A DNA stretch of 64,000 nt from Gammaproteobacteria bacterium. Its GTDB lineage: Bacteria > Pseudomonadota > Gammaproteobacteria > Steroidobacterales > Steroidobacteraceae. The stretch is taken from the NCBI GenBank assembly GCA_028870275.1, contig JAGWPY010000067.1, forward strand, positions 1,884 through 65,883, in the 5' to 3' direction. Below are positions 55,869 through 64,000 of the stretch, one piece after another. Each line of letters opens with the position of its first letter. The first letter of the stretch is position 1. The notes under the pieces were generated by a model, which was not told where the DNA came from, searched no databases, and worked only from the letters and a program-made list of their open reading frames with translations. Made by a program: the position numbers and the translations under genes.

Positions 55869-56528
55869 TCAGGGCTGTAGCCGCGTCGCGCTCCAGCCGT
55901 CCGTGCCCCGGGTCCAGCGGGCGCGGTCGTGAATGCGGAATTCCCCCTCCACCCAAAGTTCGATCGCCTCGACCCGGAGCCGGTAGCCGCCCCAGTGTTC
56001 CGGGCGCGGCACTTGCGCATCCACGGTCGCCGGCTCGGGCGATCCGGGGCCTGCGTAGGGGATCGAGAAGCGGCGCGCCGTCGCGGCGACCGCGGCGATC
56101 AGCTCGCCCCGCGAGGAAACCGGTTCGCTCTGCCGGCTCGCCCACGCGCCCAGGCGACTCTGCCAGGGCCGGGACTGGAAATACCGATCGTTGTCGGCCT
56201 CCGCCAGGCGTTCAACGACGCCCTCGGCCCTGACCTGGCGGTGTCGGTGGTCCCAATGGAACACGACCGCCGCCCGTGGATTGGCGTCGAGCTCGCGGCC
56301 CTTGCGCGAGTGGTAATTGGTGTAGAAATGGATTTCCGCCGACGGCGCATCGATCGCCTTGCAGAGTACGACCCGCGCCGAGGGCTGGCCGCGGGCATCG
56401 ACCGTGGCGAGCACCATGGCGTTCGGATTCGGCTGCCTCGCGTCGGCCACGGCCTCGGCCAGCCAGTTCGCGGCGACCGCGAGCGGATCGGCCGGCAGGA
56501 CGTCTGGGAGCGTTTCCATGTGCGCCAT
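55869..56528 (-). CDS. pdxH: pyridoxamine 5'-phosphate oxidase
   Basis: ..[67 protein letters not shown]. Start at 56528. Confidence 0.9.
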   Translation of the reverse strand: MAHMETLPDVLPADPLAVAANWLAEAVADARQPNPNAMVLATVDARGQPSARVVLCKAIDAPSAEIHFYTNYHSRKGRELDANPRAAVVFHWDHRHRQVRAEGVVERLAEADNDRYFQSRPWQSRLGAWASRQSEPVSSRGELIAAVAATARRFSIPYAGPGSPEPATVDAQVPRPEHWGGYRLRVEAIELWVEGEFRIHDRARWTRGTDGWSATRLQP

Positions 56529-56652
56529 GGTAGCCGCCGACGGGTCCTTCGTCACGCCGTGCCGCCGCCGCTTGCGGTCATCGTCGTCGCTCAGTACAAA
56601 GGGTGTGAGTGCGGGGCGCGTTCGCCCTGCCCACAGACGGAGAAACCGCGGA

Positions 56653-57756
56653 ATGACTCTGGATGAATTACGCAGCGCGCTCAGCGAGGTCGATACCGCG
56701 CTCGTGGAGCTGGTCGCCCGCCGCCAGGCGCTCAGCGAACAGGTCGCCGCGGTCAAGCGCGCGACCGGGCGCGCGACCCGGGACTACGGGCGCGAGCGGG
56801 AGGTGATCCTGCGTGGCCGCAGCGCGGCGCTCCGGCTTGAGGTCTCTCCGGACCTGGTCGAGTCGATCCTGCGCCAGCTGATCCAATCCTCGCTCGCGAC
56901 CCAGGAGCAGGCTCGCGTGGTCGCGCAGGCGCACGGAACGGGCAAGCGGGCGCTGGTGATCGGCGGCCGCGGCAAGATGGGTGGCTGGTTCGCCGACTTT
57001 CTCGCATCCCAAGGGTTCCGGGTGGCCATCGCCGATCCGGCAGGCGCTGACCCCTCGTTCGATTTCGTCGCCGACTGGCGGCTGGACCCGCTCGACCAGG
57101 ACGTGCTGGTGATCGCGACCCCGCTCGGCGCGACCGCGGGGATCCTCGAGGAGCTCGCGCAAAGGGCTCCGCGCGGCCTCATCTTCGATCTCGGCAGTCT
57201 CAAGACCCCGTTGCGCGCCGGACTCGCCGCGCTCGCGCGAGCGGGATGCCGAGTGACCTCGCTGCACCCGATGTTCGGGCCGGACACGGAGCTGCTGTCC
57301 GGGCGTCACGTGATCTTCATCGATCTCGGCAGCGCAACGGCGCTCGCCGAGGCCCAGGAACTGTTCGCCTCGACGATGGCGGAGCGGGTCGTCATGGGCC
57401 TCGACGAGCACGACCGGCTCATCGCTTATGTGCTCGGCCTCTCGCATGCATTGAACATCGCCTTCTTCACGGCTCTCGCCGAGAGCGGCGAGGCCGCGCC
57501 GCGACTCGCGCGGATGTCGAGCACGACGTTCGATGCCCAGCTCGACGTCGCCAGCCGGGTCGCGGCCGAGAGTCCGGATCTCTATTACGAGATCCAAAGT
57601 CTGAACGAATACGGCGCGGAGTCCCTGCGCGCCCTGCAAGGGGCCGTCGAGCGGCTGGTTGGTGTGGTGGCTCGCAAGGATCCCGCCGGATTCGCCGCGA
57701 TGATGGGTCGGGGCCGCGCGTATTTCGACGTACGCGCGGCATCGAGAGGCGTCTAG
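56653..57756 (+). CDS. tyrA: bifunctional chorismate mutase / prephenate dehydrogenase
   Basis: CM domain [35 protein letters not shown].., then Rossmann motif [21 protein letters not shown] at 56653. Confidence 0.85.
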   Translation: MTLDELRSALSEVDTALVELVARRQALSEQVAAVKRATGRATRDYGREREVILRGRSAALRLEVSPDLVESILRQLIQSSLATQEQARVVAQAHGTGKRALVIGGRGKMGGWFADFLASQGFRVAIADPAGADPSFDFVADWRLDPLDQDVLVIATPLGATAGILEELAQRAPRGLIFDLGSLKTPLRAGLAALARAGCRVTSLHPMFGPDTELLSGRHVIFIDLGSATALAEAQELFASTMAERVVMGLDEHDRLIAYVLGLSHALNIAFFTALAESGEAAPRLARMSSTTFDAQLDVASRVAAESPDLYYEIQSLNEYGAESLRALQGAVERLVGVVARKDPAGFAAMMGRGRAYFDVRAASRGV

Positions 57757-57760
57757 ACCC

Positions 57761-58858
57761 ATGGTCGGCGAGCGACCGGGCGCCGACGACGAGGGGCTGC
57801 GCAAGCGGATCGCGGAACTCACCGCCGAAGCGGCGCAAAACGCCGCGATCCTCAAGCGCACCCAGGAGCGCGAGCTCATGCTGTTGCGCGCCGACAGCCT
57901 GTCGCAATTGCTGCGCGAGCTGGTCGACGGGCTGCGCGAATCCTTCGGCCTCGATGCAGTCCACCTGATCCTGCTCGATCCGCAGCACGAAATCCGCCAC
58001 CTGCTGGTCGCCGGCGGCGATCGTCCGGAGGAGTTCGGGCGGGTCTCGTTCGTCGATACCCTGGTCGGACTGGCGCCGCAACTGACCAGCCTGCAGAAGC
58101 CGTGGTTGGGACCGTACGTCGGCGCCGATCATCATCTTCTGTTCGCCGGCGGCGGAGACTATCGGAGCGTCGCCCTGCTGCCCCTGCCGCGCAAGGACCG
58201 CGCGCTCGGCGTGTTGTGTTTCGGCAGCGCGGATCCGAGCCGCTTCACGCGCCATCACGGCACCGACTTCCTCGCACACCTCGGCGCGGTGGCCGGTGTC
58301 TGCATCGAGAACGCGGTGAACCGCGCCAGGCTGCTGCGCGCCGGCATCACCGATTTCCTGACCGGCTGGCACAATCGTCGCTACCTGCAGCAGCGCCTCA
58401 AGGAGGAACTGGCACGGGCCCAGCGCCGGTCCGGCTCGATCGCCTGCCTGATGATCGACATCGATCGATTCAAGGGCATCAACGACGCTTATGGGCATCT
58501 CGCCGGGGACAATGCGCTGCGCGAGATCGCGCATCGCGTGGAGGCGCAGATTCGCAGCATGGACACCGCCGCGCGCTTTGGCGGCGACGAACTCGCGATC
58601 CTTCTCCCCGAGGCGTCCGCGGCGGAGGCGGCCAAGCTCGGCGAGCGCATTCGCGCGGCAATCGCCGCCGAGCCGTTCGTGCTCACGTCGCAGATCACCC
58701 GCGGCCTGACGGTCTCGGTGGGCGTCGCGGCGCTCTGCCCCCGACACGAGGACCACGATCTGCCGGCGCTCGCGAATCGCCTGCTGGCCGACGCGGACGC
58801 GGCGCTCTATCGCGCCAAGGCGCTCGGCCGGGATCGCGTCCAGGTGGGGATCGGCTGA
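57761..58858 (+). CDS. GAF-like sensor diguanylate cyclase (GGDEF)
   Basis: ..DIDRFKGINDAYGHLAGDNALREIA..RFGGDELAILLPE.. Confidence 0.85.
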   Translation: MVGERPGADDEGLRKRIAELTAEAAQNAAILKRTQERELMLLRADSLSQLLRELVDGLRESFGLDAVHLILLDPQHEIRHLLVAGGDRPEEFGRVSFVDTLVGLAPQLTSLQKPWLGPYVGADHHLLFAGGGDYRSVALLPLPRKDRALGVLCFGSADPSRFTRHHGTDFLAHLGAVAGVCIENAVNRARLLRAGITDFLTGWHNRRYLQQRLKEELARAQRRSGSIACLMIDIDRFKGINDAYGHLAGDNALREIAHRVEAQIRSMDTAARFGGDELAILLPEASAAEAAKLGERIRAAIAAEPFVLTSQITRGLTVSVGVAALCPRHEDHDLPALANRLLADADAALYRAKALGRDRVQVGIG

Positions 58859-58932
58859 GTCCCCGCCGCCGATTCAGGGGCGATCGACCGGCGGGTGGAG
58901 CCAAAGCGGCGTCCGATATGGAACAATGAGGC

Positions 58933-59463
58933 ATGTCGGCAAATCCGGGAATGGACTACATCGACCGGGACGGTTTCCGGGCGAACGTCGGCATCGTGCT
59001 GACCCGGGGACCTGAGCACGTCTTCCTCGGCGGACGGGTCGGTGGACGCGGCTGGCAGTTTCCCCAGGGCGGCGTCAACCTCGGCGAAAGGGTCGAGGAC
59101 GCGCTGTTCCGCGAGCTACGCGAGGAGATCGGCCTCGAGAGGGCGGACGTGGAGGTGCTCGGCTCGACCCGCGGCTGGTTGAGGTACCGTCTGCCGCGAC
59201 AATACGTGCGCGACCGCTGCATCGGGCAGAAACAGCGCTGGTTCCTGTTGCGACTGGTCAGCGACGAGTCACGGCTGCGCTTCGATACGACCGCGCAGCC
59301 GGAATTCGACCGCTGGCGCTGGGCCGAGTACTGGACACCGGTCAGAGAGGTCGTCTACTTCAAGCGCCGGGTCTACGTGCGCGCGCTCCACGAACTCGGC
59401 GCCCTGCTGTTTCCGGGCGGGCTGCCGCCCTACCCGCAATGGTGGACCGAGATCGATTCCTAG
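58933..59463 (+). CDS. rppH: RNA pyrophosphohydrolase RppH (Nudix)
   Basis: ..[37 protein letters not shown] Nudix box. Confidence 0.9.
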   Translation: MSANPGMDYIDRDGFRANVGIVLTRGPEHVFLGGRVGGRGWQFPQGGVNLGERVEDALFRELREEIGLERADVEVLGSTRGWLRYRLPRQYVRDRCIGQKQRWFLLRLVSDESRLRFDTTAQPEFDRWRWAEYWTPVREVVYFKRRVYVRALHELGALLFPGGLPPYPQWWTEIDS

Positions 59464-59876
59464 AACGGCTTCACGATCACCAGCACGACGATCGCGATCA
59501 GCAGAACCGAGGGGATCTCGTTGAACGCGCGATACCAGCGCGAGTTGTGCCGATTGCAGCGGCGGGCGAAATCGCCCGCCAGGGTGCCGCACTTCACGTG
59601 ATAGGCGATCAGCAGGGCGACGCAACCGAGCTTGGCGTGCAGCCAACCCATGTGCAGATAGGCCGGTACCGCGAACAGCAGAGCGATCCCGAAGGCGACC
59701 GTCGCCGCCGCGCCGATCGTCATGAGCTTGAACAGGCGGCGCTCCATGGTCTCGAAGCGCACGAGACCGGCCTCATCGGCCGTGTCGGCATGGTAGACGA
59801 ACAGTCTCGGCAGGTAGAACAGTCCGGCGAACCAGGTGACCATGGAGATCACGTGAAAAGCCTTCAGCCACAGCAT
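59460..59876 (-). CDS. hemJ: protoporphyrinogen oxidase HemJ (UPF0093/CopD-like)
   Basis: [30 protein letters not shown].., 138 aa; start at 59876 rather than the 207-aa track ORF. Confidence 0.85.
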   Translation of the reverse strand: MLWLKAFHVISMVTWFAGLFYLPRLFVYHADTADEAGLVRFETMERRLFKLMTIGAAATVAFGIALLFAVPAYLHMGWLHAKLGCVALLIAYHVKCGTLAGDFARRCNRHNSRWYRAFNEIPSVLLIAIVVLVIVKPF

Positions 59877-60063
59877 CTTGGGCACCTCGAGGTCAGCTCT
59901 TCGGCGGTTTTCTCCGGCCGGCGCGGCTCGCCGCGTCCGCTGTCGCCGATTGGCGTCAGGCGGACGACCGAAGCGGCGATAGTCTGACAGAACCCGGCGG
60001 CGTTCGTGTAATGTCACGGTCCCTGAAGCCATCGGCGCGCCGAGCGCGGCGCCACGAGGAGCA

Positions 60064-60858
60064 ATGGCGGAATCGTTCCGCAAACTGGTCGTCCGCAGTT
60101 ATGCGCCCCGCCGACGCGCGGTGTTGCTCTGCCTCTGCGCGGGTGCCGGCCTCATCGCGCTGTACGGGTCGTTCGAGCTCGGGCGCTACGACGCCGGTTA
60201 TCGGGTGGTTGCCTCGGTGCGCAGCGCCTGGGCCGCGAGCCGCCGGATCCGGCAACTCGAGGCCGAGAATGCACAACAGCGGGCGCAGATCGCCGCGGCC
60301 GAAGTCGCCCGCCGGGTCGATCGTGCCGGATCCGCACAGCTGCAGCACAGTCTGACCGACATGCAGGGCCAGATCGCGCGATTGAACCAGGATCTGGCGT
60401 TCTATCAGGGACTGGTGCAACCGGATTCGGTCGTACGGGTCAAGGTCCAGCAGATGCAGATCCTGAGCGGCGCCGGCGCCAATCGCTTCCGACTGAAGTT
60501 CGTACTGATGCAGGTCGGCAAGCCCTCGGGTACGGTCGCGGGACGCATCGACCTCGCGATCGAGGGCTCGCGCAACGGTCGTCCCGAAACCCTGCAATAC
60601 GCGCAGATGGCGCCAGGAAGCGCCGCTTCTCTGTCATACTCCTTCCGCTATTTCCAGGATTTCGACCAGCCGCTGCAGCTGCCTGCCGGGTTCGCCCCCA
60701 GCCGCATCGACGTCGCCCTGCACGCCGGCCGGGATCGGGGCCGGGGTTACCGGCAGGCGTTCCTGTGGAATACTCAGGGTGTGACGACCGAGGCCGATTC
60801 CGCGACCTCGGCGGGTTCCAAGGGTGTTGCCGATGTTCAAGCGCCGCAAGAGAAATAA
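60064..60858 (+). CDS. membrane-anchored coiled-coil protein of unknown function (DUF6776-like)
   Basis: TM segment AVLLCLCAGAGLIALYG; coiled coil IRQLEAENAQQRAQIAAAE..MQGQIARLNQDLAFYQGL; 264 aa. Confidence 0.6.
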   Translation: MAESFRKLVVRSYAPRRRAVLLCLCAGAGLIALYGSFELGRYDAGYRVVASVRSAWAASRRIRQLEAENAQQRAQIAAAEVARRVDRAGSAQLQHSLTDMQGQIARLNQDLAFYQGLVQPDSVVRVKVQQMQILSGAGANRFRLKFVLMQVGKPSGTVAGRIDLAIEGSRNGRPETLQYAQMAPGSAASLSYSFRYFQDFDQPLQLPAGFAPSRIDVALHAGRDRGRGYRQAFLWNTQGVTTEADSATSAGSKGVADVQAPQEK

Positions 60859-61261
60859 GCCACCCAAGATCCATACGCTGATCGGTGCGAACACGCGCAT
60901 CAACGGCGACCTGGAATTCGGCGGCGGCCTGCATCTGGATGGCCAGATCAACGGTAACGTCAAGGCCGAGCCCGGCTCGGCGGCGGTGATCCTGGTGAGC
61001 GAACAGGGCTGCATCGAGGGTTCGGTGAGCGTACCGAACGTGGTGCTGAACGGCATCGTCAAGGGCGACATCGAGGCGGGCAGCCGGGTCGAACTGGGGC
61101 CGAAGGCGCGTGTGCTCGGCAATGTGCACTACGAGGTCATCGAGACCGCGGTCGGCGCGCAGATCAACGGCAAGCTGATCCACCGTCAGCACGCCGCCGC
61201 GGCGGCCGCCCCCGCGGAATTGCCGGCACCCGCCGCGCCGTCGCCCAAGGGCGAGGCCTGA
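60833..61261 (+). CDS. bactofilin (polymer-forming cytoskeletal protein)
   Basis: MFKRRKRNKPPKIHTLIGANTRINGDLEFGGGLHLDGQINGNV..IEGSVSVPNVVLNGIVKGDIEA.. beta-helix repeats; overlaps the upstream gene by 26 nt. Confidence 0.85.
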   Translation: MFKRRKRNKPPKIHTLIGANTRINGDLEFGGGLHLDGQINGNVKAEPGSAAVILVSEQGCIEGSVSVPNVVLNGIVKGDIEAGSRVELGPKARVLGNVHYEVIETAVGAQINGKLIHRQHAAAAAAPAELPAPAAPSPKGEA

Positions 61262-61322
61262 CCGGGACCGGACTGCGGCGGTGCGCTTTGATCGCACTGC
61301 TCGAGGCGGGTAAGATCCCCCC

Positions 61323-61694
61323 ATGGACACGCGCATGGATACGGTCGAGGCGCCCGCCACTCCTCCGGCGGCCCTGGTGTTCACCGATGCCGCCGCAGGC
61401 AAGGTCGGTGAACTGATCCGCGAGGAAGCCAATCCGAACCTCAAGCTCCGGGTGTTCGTCTCCGGGGGCGGATGTTCGGGTTTCCAGTATGGATTCACCT
61501 TCGACGAGAACGCCGAAGAGGGCGACCTGCGCGTCGAGAACCGCGGCGTCACTCTGCTCGTCGATCCGATGAGCGCGCAGTACCTGATGGGCGCGGAGAT
61601 CGACTACAAGGAAGATCTTCAAGGTGCGCAGTTCGTGATCCGCAATCCAAACGCGAAGACCACCTGCGGTTGCGGGTCGTCGTTTTCGGCCTGA
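61323..61694 (+). CDS. erpA: iron-sulfur cluster insertion protein ErpA
   Basis: ..[37 protein letters not shown]. Confidence 0.92.
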   Translation: MDTRMDTVEAPATPPAALVFTDAAAGKVGELIREEANPNLKLRVFVSGGGCSGFQYGFTFDENAEEGDLRVENRGVTLLVDPMSAQYLMGAEIDYKEDLQGAQFVIRNPNAKTTCGCGSSFSA

Positions 61695-61716
61695 CGGCGT
61701 AGCAACCAACCCCGCG

Positions 61717-63219
61717 ATGGCCACCGGGCGCGCCGTGCCGGACGTACTCGCGGCCGTCGATCTCGGTTCCAACAGTTTCCACATGGTGGTCGCGCGACAT
61801 TCGCACGGCCAGATCCTGATCCTCGACCGGCTGCGCGAGATGGTCCGTCTCGCGGCGGGGCTCGACGAGTCCGGTCGCCTCGACGACGCGGCGGTCGAGC
61901 GCGCGCTGCGCTGCCTGGAAAGATTCGGCCAGCGATTGCGGGCAATGCACGCCGACAGCGTGCGCGTGGTCGGAACCAACGCGCTGCGCCGGGCGCGCCG
62001 CAAGCGCTGGTTTCTCGAACGCGCCCGGGCGGCGCTCGGCCATCCGATCGAGATCATCTCGGGTCTCGAGGAGGCGCGGCTGATCTACTCGGGGGTCGCC
62101 CATACGAGCCCGATGAGCCACGACAAGCGGCTGGTCATCGACATCGGCGGGGGATCGACGGAACTGGTGATCGGCGAGGGCTTCAATCCGATGCTGCTCG
62201 AGAGCATGTCGGTCGGCTGCGTCGGACTCGCCGCCCGGTACTTCGAGGATGGCCGGATCACCGAAAAACGGTTCGAGCGGGCACGTACCGCGGTACGCAT
62301 GGAACTCGAACCGGTGACCGCCGCGTACCGCAAACTCGGCTGGCTCGAGGCGTTCGGCAGCTCGGGCACCGTTCGCGTGATCGGCGATCTCCTGCGGCGC
62401 CTGTATCCCGACGAGCCAAGGATCACGCCGGGGAACCTCGCCAAGCTGGCGGATCGCGCGCTTGCGGCCGGGCACGTCGATCGCCTGGCGCTCGTCGAGG
62501 TCGACGCCGAGCGGGCTCCGGTATTCCCGAGCGGACTCGCCATTCTGCTGGAAGTGGTCGAGACCCTCGGCATCGACCGACTGCGGATCGCCGAGGGCGC
62601 GATGCGCGAGGGACTGCTGTACGACATGATGGGGCGCTTCACCGACGAGGACGCCCGTGTGCGCAGCGTCCGTGCGATGGAGAAGCGCTATCACGTCGAC
62701 GCCGCGCAGGCCGATCGGGTCGAGGCGACCGCGGTCGCTCTGCTCGCTCAGGTCGAATCGGCCTGGGGGCTCGACGATCCCTTCGCGGAACTCGCGCTGC
62801 GCTGGGCGGCCCGGCTGCACGAGGTCGGACTCGACATCGCGCATTCCAAATATCACCGGCACGGCGCCTACCTGCTCGAACACGCCGACCTGCCCGGATT
62901 TCCGCGGGAAGAGCAGCTGCTGCTCGCCGCACTGGTCGGCGCGCACCGGCGCCAGCTGTCGCTCGAGTCGCTCGAGGATCTCGTGCCGCCCTGGGACCGA
63001 CTGGCCGAGTATCTGATCGTGCTGTTGCGGTTGGCGGTGCTGCTGCATCGCGGCCGCAGTCCCGAACCCCAGCCCGAGCCGAAGCTGCGGGTCCGCGGAC
63101 GCACGCTCACGCTCGAGCTGCCGGCGCGCTGGCTGAAGGATCATCCCCTCACGATCGAGGATCTCGATCAGGAGCGGCAGTACCTGAAGGCCGCGGGATT
63201 CCGCCTGGTCAGCGGCTGA
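61717..63219 (+). CDS. ppx: exopolyphosphatase (Ppx/GppA family)
   Basis: ..LAAVDLGSNSFHMVVAR..IDIGGGSTE.. and a C-terminal HD-like region; 500 aa; convergent with ppk. Confidence 0.9.
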   Translation: MATGRAVPDVLAAVDLGSNSFHMVVARHSHGQILILDRLREMVRLAAGLDESGRLDDAAVERALRCLERFGQRLRAMHADSVRVVGTNALRRARRKRWFLERARAALGHPIEIISGLEEARLIYSGVAHTSPMSHDKRLVIDIGGGSTELVIGEGFNPMLLESMSVGCVGLAARYFEDGRITEKRFERARTAVRMELEPVTAAYRKLGWLEAFGSSGTVRVIGDLLRRLYPDEPRITPGNLAKLADRALAAGHVDRLALVEVDAERAPVFPSGLAILLEVVETLGIDRLRIAEGAMREGLLYDMMGRFTDEDARVRSVRAMEKRYHVDAAQADRVEATAVALLAQVESAWGLDDPFAELALRWAARLHEVGLDIAHSKYHRHGAYLLEHADLPGFPREEQLLLAALVGAHRRQLSLESLEDLVPPWDRLAEYLIVLLRLAVLLHRGRSPEPQPEPKLRVRGRTLTLELPARWLKDHPLTIEDLDQERQYLKAAGFRLVSG

Positions 63220-63224
63220 GGCGC

Positions 63225-64000
63225 TCAGGCGAGCACGTCGCTGGCTGGCGCCGGCCGCTCCGCATACCACTGCAGAAGGCGGGTCTGGGCGCAGACTCCG
63301 CCCGGGCCGCTCGCGTGGACGTAGCTGCCGTCGCTCATGAGCCGCCAGCTCTGAGTATCGTCGCTCAGGTACAGTTGCAACTCCTCGATCACACGTCGAC
63401 GCAGCTCGGCCGATTCCACCGGGAAAGCCACCTCGATGCGGCGGAACAGGTTGCGATCCATCCAGTCGGCGCTGCCGCAGTAGACCTGCGCCTCGCCGCC
63501 ATTGCCGAAGTAATAGACGCGGGAATGTTCGAGAAACCGGCCGACGATCGAGCGCACGCTGATTCGGTCGGACACCCCGGGTACGCCTGGACGCAGGCAA
63601 CAGACCCCGCGCACGATCAGGTCGACGGTGACGCCGGCCTGCGAGGCGCGATAGAGCGCCCGGATCATCGCCGGCTCGGTCAGTGCGTTCAGCTTGGCGA
63701 TGATGCGGGCGGGACGTCCCGCGCGCGCGCAGGCGATCTCGCCTTCGATCTTGCCGAGCAAGGTCCGGTGCAGAGTGAACGGCGCGTGCAGCAGCTTGTG
63801 CAGGCGCGGGATGCGCGTGAGTCCGGTGAGCTGCAGGAAGATCTGGTGAATGTCCTCGCCGATCGCCTCGTCCGCGGTCAGCAGGCCATAGTCGGTATAG
63901 GCCCGCGCGGTCCTGGCGTGGTAATTGCCGGTTCCCAGGTGGCAGTACCGGCGCAGTCCGCCTTCCTCGCGGCGGACGACCAGGACGAGTTTCGCGTGGG
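63225..64000 (-). CDS. ppk1: polyphosphate kinase 1, C-terminal part (5' end beyond the window end)
   Basis: The minus-strand frame stays open to position 64000. ..[62 protein letters not shown]. The track lists only 63225-63761. Confidence 0.92.
   Translation of the reverse strand, partial: HAKLVLVVRREEGGLRRYCHLGTGNYHARTARAYTDYGLLTADEAIGEDIHQIFLQLTGLTRIPRLHKLLHAPFTLHRTLLGKIEGEIACARAGRPARIIAKLNALTEPAMIRALYRASQAGVTVDLIVRGVCCLRPGVPGVSDRISVRSIVGRFLEHSRVYYFGNGGEAQVYCGSADWMDRNLFRRIEVAFPVESAELRRRVIEELQLYLSDDTQSWRLMSDGSYVHASGPGGVCAQTRLLQWYAERPAPASDVLA

Noticed and set aside
9243-57756. N-terminal extensions of longest-ORF calls for cca (563 aa), algH (239 aa), bioA (521 aa), pdxH (295 aa), tyrA (465 aa), hemJ (207 aa) and pilJ (713 aa)
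   Set aside because: The extensions are Arg/Pro-rich, overlap neighbouring genes and precede internal Met residues that align with the canonical family N-termini. The shorter starts were used.
61549-63600. 683-aa minus-strand ORF
   Set aside because: Antisense to ppx and out of frame with ppk1; no motifs.
1-64000. Search for CRISPR arrays, tRNA/rRNA genes, IS elements, integrases, toxin-antitoxin pairs and defence genes
   Set aside because: Reading intergenic regions and all ORF translations by eye showed no direct-repeat arrays, cloverleaf-like sequences, transposase or integrase motifs, or recognisable defence or TA families. A tRNAscan and Rfam run would be the formal check.

Overview
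High-GC (by eye well above 60%) chromosomal segment that looks like core genome of a gammaproteobacterium. I saw no rRNA, tRNA, CRISPR array, transposase, integrase or phage genes. About 65 protein genes are tightly packed, many with 4-nt start/stop overlaps. From start to end: the rpsU-yqeY-dnaG macromolecular-synthesis operon (dnaG runs off the left edge), tsaD and folB. Next is a nitric-oxide-type block (nnrS, a sirB-like gene, nsrR, an unknown secreted protein), then cca, a DegP protease and an Hsp20 with a sigma32-like promoter. A split class II (B12) ribonucleotide reductase, nrdJa/nrdJb, follows with NrdR-like boxes, then a porin and a CtaG/PCuAC/Sco copper-delivery trio. Then come ppnN with a translationally coupled unknown protein, an HU gene, yggT-proC-yggS, and pilT-pilU plus a third PilU-like ATPase. 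A four-gene lipid-like block sits next (GT4, His-rich membrane protein, membrane-anchored class III aminotransferase, PSD). After it come pyrB-ruvX-algH-tonB-gshB, the Pil-Chp chemosensory operon (pilG/H/I/J-chpA-chpC, with no pilK or chpB) and a DddL-like cupin. The window ends with rsmE, bioA, ampD, a PduO-type adenosyltransferase, an IMPase, a pdxH-CPXCG-HExxH operon, tyrA, a GGDEF protein, rppH, hemJ, a bactofilin pair, erpA, ppx and ppk1 (runs off the right edge). The order yggT-proC-yggS | pilT-pilU ... pyrB ... gshB | pilG-chpA mirrors Pseudomonas aeruginosa PA0392-PA0415. The lineage-specific part of that block (31120-36666) is the best candidate for something undescribed. Nothing resembles a defence or toxin system. 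Most long ORFs in the track are antisense shadows typical of high-GC DNA. All family calls rest on motifs read from the translations; no searches were run.
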